A DNA stretch of 64,000 bases from Eledone cirrhosa. Taxonomy: Eukaryota. A program made the translations under genes and the position numbers. Below the pieces are notes generated by a model that was not told the DNA's origin, made no database searches, and saw nothing but the letters and a program-made list of their open reading frames with translations. Positions 54,381-64,000 of this stretch are shown piece after piece (the first letter of the stretch is position 1; each line of letters opens with the position of its first letter). The stretch covers positions 254,200,001 through 254,264,000 of the forward strand of contig OZ024741.1 in NCBI GenBank assembly GCA_964016885.1. The letters are read 5' to 3'.

Positions 54381-57300
54381 TCATCAATCATCATCATCAA
54401 CGTTTAACGTCCGTGTTCCACGCTTGCATGGGTTTGGACGGGGGTAGTCCCACTTGAGGCAAGAGTGATTGTCTTGTTCGCATAGGACTGTCTGGCAGGT
54501 TTTCTACAGTTGGATGCCCTTCCTAACACCAACCACATTTACAGTGTGGGTCTGGGAGGTTTTTACCGTGTTGCCTACACGGCCACATTACAGCGTGGAC
54601 TGTGTGTTTTTTTGTCGTGACACCTACACGATCTCATTTGTTTCGGCCTCGATGGCGCGGCACCAACATAACTTTACATAGAACGGGGTGGTGTGGATCG
54701 GGTGGGGGTGGTGGTGGTGGGACGGGGTGTATTTTGTTAGAGATGCCTACTGGCTGGAGTAGGTTTTACTATATATTTAGGTAAGGCGGGTCTTCTCTGT
54801 TACTGAGTACCGCCAAAGGTCTCGGTCCAGTGACATTGTCTTAGAGAGGTGTAAGTGTGTGATGTCGGAGTTTATCAGCTCGTCCCAGGTTTTTCTAGGT
54901 CTGCCTATTCCGTGACTACCGTCTATCTTTATTGCCCTGCACTTTGTTATACAGCTATCGACTTTCATGCGCAGCACGTGTCCATACCAACGTAGCCTTC
55001 TCTCGAGTAAACAACATCTGATCCCTCTTATCTCTAATTTTTTCCTTAGTTCGTTTATGCTTTGCCGTTCACGTATATTACTGTTACACATCCAGCGGAG
55101 CATGCAAGCTTCGTTCCTCTCTAGTCTGCGTATATCCTCTGCACACAATGCCCAGGTCTCACTGCCATGCAGCATTGCTGTTCGTATGCAGGCATCGTAC
55201 AACCTGCCTTTCATTTTTAGTGAGAACCCTTTAGCAGCTAATAGTGGTATAAGCTCTCTGAACTTTTTCCAACCAGTTCTGACTCTAGCTACAGTACTTT
55301 CAGAGCACCCTCCCCCACTGCTGATTTTATCGCCCAGGTAACGGAAGCTGTCCACTATTTCTATAGAACCCTGTGCGCAATTGAAAGAGCTAGTAGTTTG
55401 TGGGCACTTGCTGCTACTTATTGCACCAGAGCACCGGCCACATGTAAAATCTATGTTCTTAGTTAGCTTACCTGTGATCCCACTACATCTTTTATGCACC
55501 CATACTTTGCATTTAGGACATAAAATGGAGTTTCTACCTACGCCTTTCCTACACACCGAGCACGACCATTTCCCAGAAGGGACCGCCGCCTTGTTTTCTT
55601 TCCTACAAACTAGTACTTTGGTCTTAGCCAGGTTAATTTTAAGTCCTTTTGACTCTAGGCCGTGCTTCCATGTTTGGAATTTCTTGTCTAGCTCGGCCAT
55701 TGATTCCGCTATGAGTGTCAGGTCGTCTGCGTATAGGAGTTCCCATGGGCAGCCTGTCTTGAACTCCTCTGTTATAGCCTGAAGGGCAATAATAAATAGT
55801 AGTGGGCTGAGAACAGAGCCCTGATGCACGCCAACTTTTACGCTAAACTCTTCACTATATTCGTTGTTAATTCTAACCTTGCTGACTGTTTCTTTATACA
55901 TGGCTTGTATAGCCCTCACAAGCCATTCGTCAACGCCTAGTTTTCTAAGAGCCCACCAGATAATGGAGCGGGGGACTCTGTCGAAGGCTTTCTCCAAGTC
56001 GACAAAAGCTAAGTAGAGGGGTTTACCTTTAGCTAGGTACTTCTCCTGTAGTTGTCGTACTATGAAAAGAGCGTCTGTGGTACTTTTGCCTGACACAAAC
56101 CCGAACTGCATTTCATCTAGGTCAATTCTCTCTTTGATTAGTTGCGCTATTACTTTTTCCGTGACCTTCATGACCTGGTCGATTAATTTAATGCCTCTAT
56201 AGTTACTCCTATCTAGGGCGTCTCCTTTACCCTTATAACAGTTAAGGATGATGCTGCTATGCCAGTCCTTCGGAACAACCCCATTCTGTACGACTTGGTT
56301 AACTATGCGGGTGACCATGGTGTGTCCCACCGTGCCAGATGCCTTCAGCATCTCAGCAACTATTTCCGAAGGCCCAGCCGCCTTACCCGTCTTCATATCC
56401 TTGATTGCCTTACTTATTATACTCCCCTCGACTAACACTGCTGGTCCCTCTATTGGGTCGATATGGGGGAGACTGCCTTTCTCCCAATTATTCTCCTCAT
56501 TTAGTAGCCTTTCATAGTGACACTTCCAAGCTACCTTCTTATCAGCGTCGGTGATGGCAAGTGTGCCATCGTCGTTTAGTACACACTTCTCCCCGACAAT
56601 ATCACGGTTTTCCTTGACGCATTGCCTAGCAATCCTGAACACCTCACGTTTCTGGTCATCGCGTTGTAGAACATGCTTGAACTTTCTTTCCTCAGCTTCC
56701 TTTCTTGCTAAGTACACTTGGCTCCTAGCTTCCCTCCTGGCCACTTGATAGTCCACTCTACTTCCCCCATCCCGCCATACTTTCCAAGCCTGCTTTTTGG
56801 CCTTAATTGACCCCTCCACCTTACTGTTCCACCACCATGTTACTCTCCTCCTGCCTACAGGCCTGCTCCAGCCACAGACTTCGTCTGTCGCCAACAGCAG
56901 GTTTGCTTTCAGAAATTCCCACTCTCCCTCTATATTGTCCGACTCTAAATGTTCTTCCTTACTGTCGAAAGCATCAAGTAATATGCTTTGAAATTTATTC
57001 CTGGCTGTGGGGTCCTTTAGCTTCCATATTTTCCTCCTGAGGATAGTCCTCTTCTGTTGTCGAGTACGTCTCGTCCTGACTATGAGGTCGCTAATTATCA
57101 GTCTATGTTGGGAGGTGCATTCTTCATGGGGGAGGGATTTAGTGTTTACAACAGACACTCTGTCACGTCTTCTGGTAAGGATATAATCTACCTGGCTTGT
57201 GTGTTCCCCGGATCTATAGGTGATCAGGTGATTGTCACGTTTTTTGAAGTTAGTGTTACAGATAGTTAGGTTATTTGCATCACAGAATTCCAGGATTCTG

Positions 57301-58458
57301 GAGCCTTCCTCATTTCTAGTACCAACCCCATAGCCTCCATGGATTTCGTCGTAGCCGTCACAATGTTGTCCAACGTGACCATTTAGGTCGCCTGCGATAA
57401 TTATATAGTCACTGTCGGATATTTGGGAGGTAGTTAGCATCAGTGTCTCATAGAATCTGTCTTTTATAGTGCCGGGCAGTCCGGATTGGGGTGCGTACGC
57501 AGATATTACTGTCACCGTAGTTCTATTGAGGACAAGTCGTATTTTAATTATTCTGTCGTTCACTCTATTTACGTCTATTATCTTATCTGCCCACTTTTCT
57601 GCTACCATGATTCCTACTCCACCCAGCCCATCGTCGTTTCCCACCCAGAAAAGCTTATAACATCGTTTTTTACCCTCAATGAACCTAGCAGACCCACCCC
57701 TCCACCTGGTCTCTTAAATACAACAAACATCGACCTCCTTACGTTCAAGCATTTCTACAACCTCGTTAGCGCGACCCTTTAGGGTGCCTACATTTATGGT
57801 ACCAACTCTGAAGTTTTGGATTGCGTTTGGGGGTTGGGGGCGGTGGGGGGCGGTGGGGTTATGTTAGCCGTCCGCGGTCGAAACAATGAGGAGTGCTCGC
57901 ATTCTCGTCCAAGAGGTGAATTTGTCTTTATCTTCTGGCATTGTCGCTGAGCGTCCAGATTTTTCTCTCTCTCACCTCCACTCTCCAGGATTCCGCAGTC
58001 CATCCATCCATCATATATCGAAAGGCAACCAGGCAAGCGATAGTATAGGCCTCTGGTTTCTGATTGGTCCGCGTAATAATACTGGTGATGCGTGGGGGCT
58101 CTGTTTTATGATTGGTCCACGTAATAGCAATGGTGGTGGGAGGGAGGGGTGTTGGGTAGCTAGCAAGAAGGTAATGATTGAATGGGGTCCTTGCATTTAA
58201 CAAGCGATTAACAAAAATACAAAATTTGTTCTGTTAAATACGCCCAAAAACTTTCGTATTTAACAATTAATAGAAACAGAAAATGTAGTTTGTTTTAGCG
58301 ATAGATTGGCTATTTGGACTTGATACGAAATATGGATTGTTTTGAAAATACGCTAGAATTAAGATTTGTGGAGGGAGAGAAATGAAATCCGTACATTACG
58401 TTACATGAATATCGTGGGTAGAGAGAGCAAGCAATGAAATTTGGCGAAGTGAATTCCT

Positions 58459-58460
<2 letters not shown>
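54381..58460 (-). mobile_element. Near full-length RTE-clade LINE, copy A (APE + RT + PHD-like finger)
   Basis: 955-aa ORF 54777-57644; homology continues upstream past one TAA (~57715) to GTINVGTL; 3' UTR and (GAT)n tail. Confidence 0.96.
54777..57644 (-). CDS. RTE ORF: apurinic-like endonuclease / reverse transcriptase
   Basis: [61 protein letters not shown]. Confidence 0.93.
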   Translation of the reverse strand: MGNDDGLGGVGIMVAEKWADKIIDVNRVNDRIIKIRLVLNRTTVTVISAYAPQSGLPGTIKDRFYETLMLTTSQISDSDYIIIAGDLNGHVGQHCDGYDEIHGGYGVGTRNEEGSRILEFCDANNLTICNTNFKKRDNHLITYRSGEHTSQVDYILTRRRDRVSVVNTKSLPHEECTSQHRLIISDLIVRTRRTRQQKRTILRRKIWKLKDPTARNKFQSILLDAFDSKEEHLESDNIEGEWEFLKANLLLATDEVCGWSRPVGRRRVTWWWNSKVEGSIKAKKQAWKVWRDGGSRVDYQVARREARSQVYLARKEAEERKFKHVLQRDDQKREVFRIARQCVKENRDIVGEKCVLNDDGTLAITDADKKVAWKCHYERLLNEENNWEKGSLPHIDPIEGPAVLVEGSIISKAIKDMKTGKAAGPSEIVAEMLKASGTVGHTMVTRIVNQVVQNGVVPKDWHSSIILNCYKGKGDALDRSNYRGIKLIDQVMKVTEKVIAQLIKERIDLDEMQFGFVSGKSTTDALFIVRQLQEKYLAKGKPLYLAFVDLEKAFDRVPRSIIWWALRKLGVDEWLVRAIQAMYKETVSKVRINNEYSEEFSVKVGVHQGSVLSPLLFIIALQAITEEFKTGCPWELLYADDLTLIAESMAELDKKFQTWKHGLESKGLKINLAKTKVLVCRKENKAAVPSGKWSCSVCRKGVGRNSILCPKCKVWVHKRCSGITGKLTKNIDFTCGRCSGAISSSKCPQTTSSFNCAQGSIEIVDSFRYLGDKISSGGGCSESTVARVRTGWKKFRELIPLLAAKGFSLKMKGRLYDACIRTAMLHGSETWALCAEDIRRLERNEACMLRWMCNSNIRERQSINELRKKLEIRGIRCCLLERRLRWYGHVLRMKVDSCITKCRAIKIDGSHGIGRPRKTWDELINSDITHLHLSKTMSLDRDLWRYSVTEKTRLT

Positions 58461-58511
<51 letters not shown>

Positions 58512-58660
58512 GGGGGGGCACATGATGGCTGTGTGTGTTAGGCGTTTGACCGCCCCATGCCTTCGAAGAAGGAAGAAGGAAAGGATTTTGTTTTTTTGTT
58601 TTGAAGATACGCTAGAATTAGGGATTGAGGTTTGAAAATACGTTAGGAATTATATATATG

Positions 58661-58693
<33 letters not shown>

Positions 58694-58726
58694 GTATATA
58701 TGTATATATATATATATATGTATATA

Positions 58727-59442
58727 CGGCAAAGCATATGTATATATATACATATGTATATACGGCAAAGCATAAACGAACTAAGGAAAAAATTAGAAAT
58801 AAGAGGGATCAGATGTTGTTTACTCGAGAGAAGGCTACGTTGGTATGGACACGTGATGCGCATGAAAGTCGATAGCTGTATAACAAAGTGCAGGGCAATA
58901 AAGATAGACGGTAGCCACGGAATAGGCAGACCTAGAAAATCCTGGGACGAGCTGATAAACTCCGACCTCACACACTTACACCTCTCCAAGACAATGTCAC
59001 TGGACCGAGACCTTTGGCGGTACTCAGTAATAGAGAAGACCCGCCTTACCTAAATACATAGTAAAACCCACTACAGCCAGTAGGCATCTCTAACAAAATA
59101 CACCCCCGTCCCACCACCCACACCCACATCCACACCACCCCCTCCTATGTAAAGTTATGTTGGTGCCACAACATCCAGGCCGAAACAAATGAGATCGTGT
59201 AGGTGTCACGACAAAAAAACACACAGTCCACGCTGTAATGTGGCCGTGTAGGCAACACGGTAAAAACCTCCCAGTTCCACACTGTAAATGTGGTTGGTGT
59301 TAGGAAGGGCATCCAACTGTAGAAAACCTGCCAGACAGTCCTATGCGAGCAAGACAATCACTCTTGCCTCAAGTGGGAATACCCCCGTCCAAACCCATGC
59401 AAGCGTGGAACACGGACGTTAAACGTTGATGATGATGATGAT
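58727..59442 (+). mobile_element. 5'-truncated young RTE copy in the spacer between copies A and B
   Basis: Near-identical to the 3' ~700 bp of A/B; TA tracts on both sides. Confidence 0.93.
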
Positions 59443-59734
59443 ATATATATATATGTATATAAAAAACAAAATCCTTCCCATTCTTAATTCTATCGTATCC
59501 TCCAATTCCTTAATTCTATCGTATTCTCAAACAAAAAAAACAAAATCCTTCCCATTCTACTTCTTATAAATTACTTTAAATATATATATCATGCTACCTC
59601 GAAAGTCAAAAATCCCGCTCATACACCCTTCACCCACCATCTTCTTCACGAGGGGTTGCGGTCAGCCACTCTCTCTCTCTCCCCCTTCCCACTCTCTCTC
59701 TCTCTTCCCCTTCCCCTTCCTCTCTCTCTTAGCT

Positions 59735-59767
<33 letters not shown>

Positions 59768-59769
59768 AG

Positions 59770-62700
59770 ATAAATTCCCGTTCATGTTTATTCACTTTCG
59801 CCAAACAATTGCTGCTTCAACTATTCCTACTACGGTGTAACCATGTAATCGTAACGTTCACGTTTTTCCTATCTACTCCACGCGACAATTTCGTACATAG
59901 TCCAAACATCCAATCTCGCAAAATCCGAAATCTGTATTTTTTGTTATTTATTAAGGTTTAAATACGGTGTTTTTGTCGTATTGAACAGAACAAATCTTGC
60001 AGTTTTGCTTTTTGTTAATTGCTTGTTAAACATTCATAACCTTCCAGCTACCTACCCCACACCCCTCCCACCCGCCCCCACACACCACCATTCTTAATAC
60101 GTGGACCAATCATAAGCCAGAGACCCCCCCCCACACGCATCACCATTATTATTATTATAAGCCAGAGACCCCCCCCACACGCATCACCATTATTATTATT
60201 ACGCGGACCAATCATAAGCCAGAGGCCTATACTATCGCTTGCACGGTTGCCTTCGATATATGATCGATGGATGGATGGATGGACGGACTGCGGAATCCTG
60301 GAGAGTGGAAGGGAGAGAAAAATCTGGACGCTCAGAGGGAAAATGCCAAAGTTAAAGTCAAATTCACCTCGTGGACGAGAATGCGAGCACTCCTCTTTGT
60401 TTCGCCCGCGGATGGCTAACATAACGCCATCTCCCCCCCGCCCCCCACCACCCCCACCCTCCAAACGCAATCCAAAACTTCAGAGTTGGTACCATAAATG
60501 TAGGCACCCTAAAGGGTCGCGCTAACGAGGTTGTAGAAATGCTTGAACGTAAGGAGGTCGATGTTTGTTGTATTCAAGAGACCAGGTGGAGGGGGGGGTC
60601 TGCTAGATTCATTGAGGGTAAAAAACGATGTTATAAGCTTTTCTGGGTGAGAAACGACGATGGGCAGGGTGGAGTAGGAATCATGGTAGCAGAAAAGTGG
60701 GCAGATAAGATAATAGACGTAAATAGAGTGAACGACAGAATAATTAAAATACGACTTGTCCTCAATAGAACTACGGTGACAGTAATATCTGCGTACGCAC
60801 CCCAATCCGGACTGCCCGGCACTATAAAAGACAGATTCTATGAGACACTGATGCTCACTACCTCCCAAATATCTGACAGTGACTATATAATTATTGCAGG
60901 CGACCTAAATGGTCACGTTGGACAACATTGTGACGGCTACGATGAAATCCATGGAGGCTATGGGTTTGGTACTAGAAATGAGGAAGGCTCCAGAATCCTG
61001 GAATTCTGTGATGCAAATAACCTAACTATCTGTAACACTAACTTCAAAAAACGTGACAATCACCTGATCACCTATAGATCCGGGGAACACACAAGCCAGG
61101 TAGATTATATCCTTACCAGAAGACGTGACAGAGTGTCTGTTGTAAACACTAAATCCCTCCCCCATGAAGAATGCACCTCCCAACATAGACTGATAATTAG
61201 CGACCTCATAGTCAGGACGAGACGTACTCGACAGCAGAAGAGGACTATCCTCAGGAGAAAAATATGGAAGCTAAAGGACCCCACAGCCAAAAATAAATTT
61301 CAAAACATATTACTTGATGCTTTCGACAGTAAGGAAGAACATTTAGAGTCGGACAATATAGAGGGACAGTGGGAATTTCTGAAAGCAAACCTGCTGTTGG
61401 CGACAGACGAAGTCTGTGGCTGGAGCAGGCCTGTAGGCAGGAGGAGAGTAACATGGTGGTGGAATAGTAAGGTGGAGGGGTCAATTAAGGCCAAAAAGCA
61501 GGCTTGGAAAGTATGGCGGGATGGGGGAAGTAGAGTAGACTATCAAGTGGCCAGGAGGGAAGCTAGGAGAGAAGTGTACTTAGTAAGAAGGGAAGCTGAG
61601 GAAAGAAAGTTCAAGCATGTTCTACAACGCGATGACCAAAAACGTGAGGTGTTCAGGATTGCTAGGCAATGCGTCAAGGAAAACCGTGATATTGTCAGGG
61701 AGAAGTGTGTACTTAACGATGATGGCATACTTGCCATCACCGACACTGATAAGAAGGTAGCTTGGAAGTGTCACTATGAAAGGCTACTAAATGAGGAGAA
61801 TAAATGGGAGAAAGACAGTCTCCCCCATATCGACCCAATAGAGGGACCAGCAGTGTTAGTCGAGGGAGTATAATAAGTAAGGCAATCAAGGATATGAAGA
61901 CGGGTAAGGCGGCTGGGCCTTCGGAAATAGTTGCTGAGATGCTGAAGGCATCTGGCACGGTGGGACACACCATGGTCACTCGCATAGTTAACCATGTCAT
62001 ACAGAATGGGGTTGTTCCGAAGGACTGGCATAGCAGCATCATCGTTAACTGTTATAAGGGTAAAGGAGACGCCCTAGATAGGAGTAACTATAGAGGCATT
62101 AAATTAATCGACCAGGTCATGAAGGTCACGGAAAAAGTAATAGCGCAACTAATCAGAGAGAGAATTGACCTAGATGAAATGCAGTTCGGGTTTGTGTCAG
62201 GCAAAAGTACCACAGACGCTCTTTTCATAGTACGACAACTACAGGAGAAGTTCCTAGCTAAAGGTAAACCCCTCTACTTAGCTTTTGTCGACTTGGAGAA
62301 AGCCTTCGACAGAGTCCCCCGCTCCATTATCTGGTGGGCTCTTAGAAAACTAGGCGTTGACGAATGGCTTGTGAGGGCTATACAAGCCATGTATAAAGAA
62401 ACAGTCAGCAAGGTTAGAATTAACAACGAATATAGTGAAGAGTTTAGCGTAAAAGTTGGCGTCCATCAGGGCTCTGTTCTCAGCCCCCTACTATTTATTA
62501 TTGCCCTTCAGGCTATAACAGAGGAGTTCAGGACAGGCTGCCCATGGGAACTCCTATACGCAGACGACCTGACACTCATAGCGGAATCAATGGCCGAGCT
62601 AGAGAAGAAATTCCAAACATGGAAGCACGGCCTAGAGTCAAAAGGACTTAAAATTAACCTGGCTAAGACCAAAGTTCTAGTTTGTAGGAAAGAAAACAAG

Positions 62701-63878
62701 GTGGCGGTCCCTTCTGGGAAATGGTCGTGCTCGGTGTGTAGGAAAGGCGTAGGTAGAAACTCCATTTTATGTCCTAAATGCAAAGTATGGGTGCATAAAA
62801 GATGTAGTGGGATCACAGGTAAGCTAACTAAGAACATAGATTTTACATGTGGCCGGTGTTCTGGTGCAATAAGTAGCAGCAAGTGCCCACTAAATACTAG
62901 CTCTTTCAATTGCGCAGAGGGTTCTATAGAAATAGTGGACAGCTTCCGTTACCCTGGGCGATAAAATCAGCAGTGGGGGAGGGTGCTCTGAAAGTACTGT
63001 AGCTAGAGTCAGAACTGGTTGGAAAAAGTTCAGAGAGCTTATACCACTATTAGCTGCTAAAGGGTTCTCCCTAAAAATGAAAGGCAGGTTGTACGATGCC
63101 TGCATACGAACAGCAATGTTGCATGGCAGTGAGACCTGGGCATTGTGTGCAGAGGATATACGCAGACTAGAGAGGAACGAAGCTTGCATGCTCCGCTGGA
63201 TGTGTAACAGTAATATAGGTGAACGGCAAAGCATAAACGAACTAAGGAAAAAATTAGAGATAAGAGGGATCAGATGTTGTTTACTCGAGAGAAGGCTACG
63301 TTGGTATGGACACGTGCTGCGCATGAAAGTCGATAGCTGTATAACAAAGTGCAGGGCAATAAAGATAGACGGTAGCCACGGAATAGGCAGACCTAGAAAA
63401 ACCTGGGATGAGCTGATAAACTCCGACCTCACACACTTACACCTCTCCAAGACAATGTCACTGGACCGAGACCTTTGGCGGTACTCAGTAACAGAGAAGA
63501 CCCGCCTTGCCAGTAGGCATCTCTAACAAAATACACCCCGTCCCGCCACCACCCCCACCCCATCCACACCACCCCGATCTATGTAAAGTTATGTTGGTGC
63601 CGCGCCATCCAGGCCGAAACAAATGAGATCGTGTAGGTGTCACGACAAAAAAACACACAGTCAACGCTGTAATGTGGCCGTGTAGGCAACACGGTAAAAA
63701 CCTCCCAGACCCACACTGTAAATGTGGTTGGTGTTAGGAAGGGCATCCAACTGTAGAAAACCTGCCAGACAGTCCTATGCGAGCAAGACAATCACTCTTG
63801 CCTCAAGTGGGACTACCCCCGTCCAAACCCATGCAAGCGTGGAACACGGACGTTAAACGTTGATGATGATGATGATGA
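59770..63878 (+). mobile_element. Near full-length RTE-clade LINE, copy B (frameshifts at ~61865 and ~62953; short deletion near the stop)
   Basis: ORFs 60539-61873, 61804-62964 and 63077-63526 together reproduce the copy A protein; (GAT)n tail. Confidence 0.96.
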
Positions 63879-63890
63879 TATATATATATG

Positions 63891-63921
<31 letters not shown>

Positions 63922-64000
63922 GTATATATATATATGTATATATATATATATGTATATATATATATGTATATATATATATGTATATATATATATGTATATA
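63879..64000. repeat. (TA)n/(TATG) microsatellite
   Basis: Directly visible. Confidence 0.95.

Noticed and set aside
54967-57782. Antisense ORFs within the RTE copies
   Set aside because: Shadow frames of the RT ORF with no independent motifs

Overview
This is AT-rich, microsatellite-laden eukaryotic DNA, and its repeat repertoire resembles that of an octopus/cephalopod genome (inference). The one clear host gene is a minus-strand, multi-exon receptor tyrosine kinase (FN3 - TM - split kinase domain, Ret/FGFR/Torso-like). About 12 exons could be joined by hand in consistent reading phase from ~49.3 kb down to a stop at 2330, and the 5' end is uncertain. Its introns hold large strand-asymmetric tandem arrays (40-bp, 14-bp/5.2 kb, ~55-bp, 37-bp/16.3 kb) plus RTE, CR1 and L1/Tx1 LINE relics, a mariner relic, hAT- and TTAA-type MITEs, Helitron/HINE-like elements and tRNA-derived SINEs. 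The last 14 kb is a cluster of young RTE-clade LINEs, each embedded in (TA)n tracts. It includes two near-complete, near-identical copies arranged head-to-head, whose ORF carries a C4HC3 PHD-like finger inside the reverse-transcriptase region. Most long ORFs in the supplied track are translations of satellites and are not genes.
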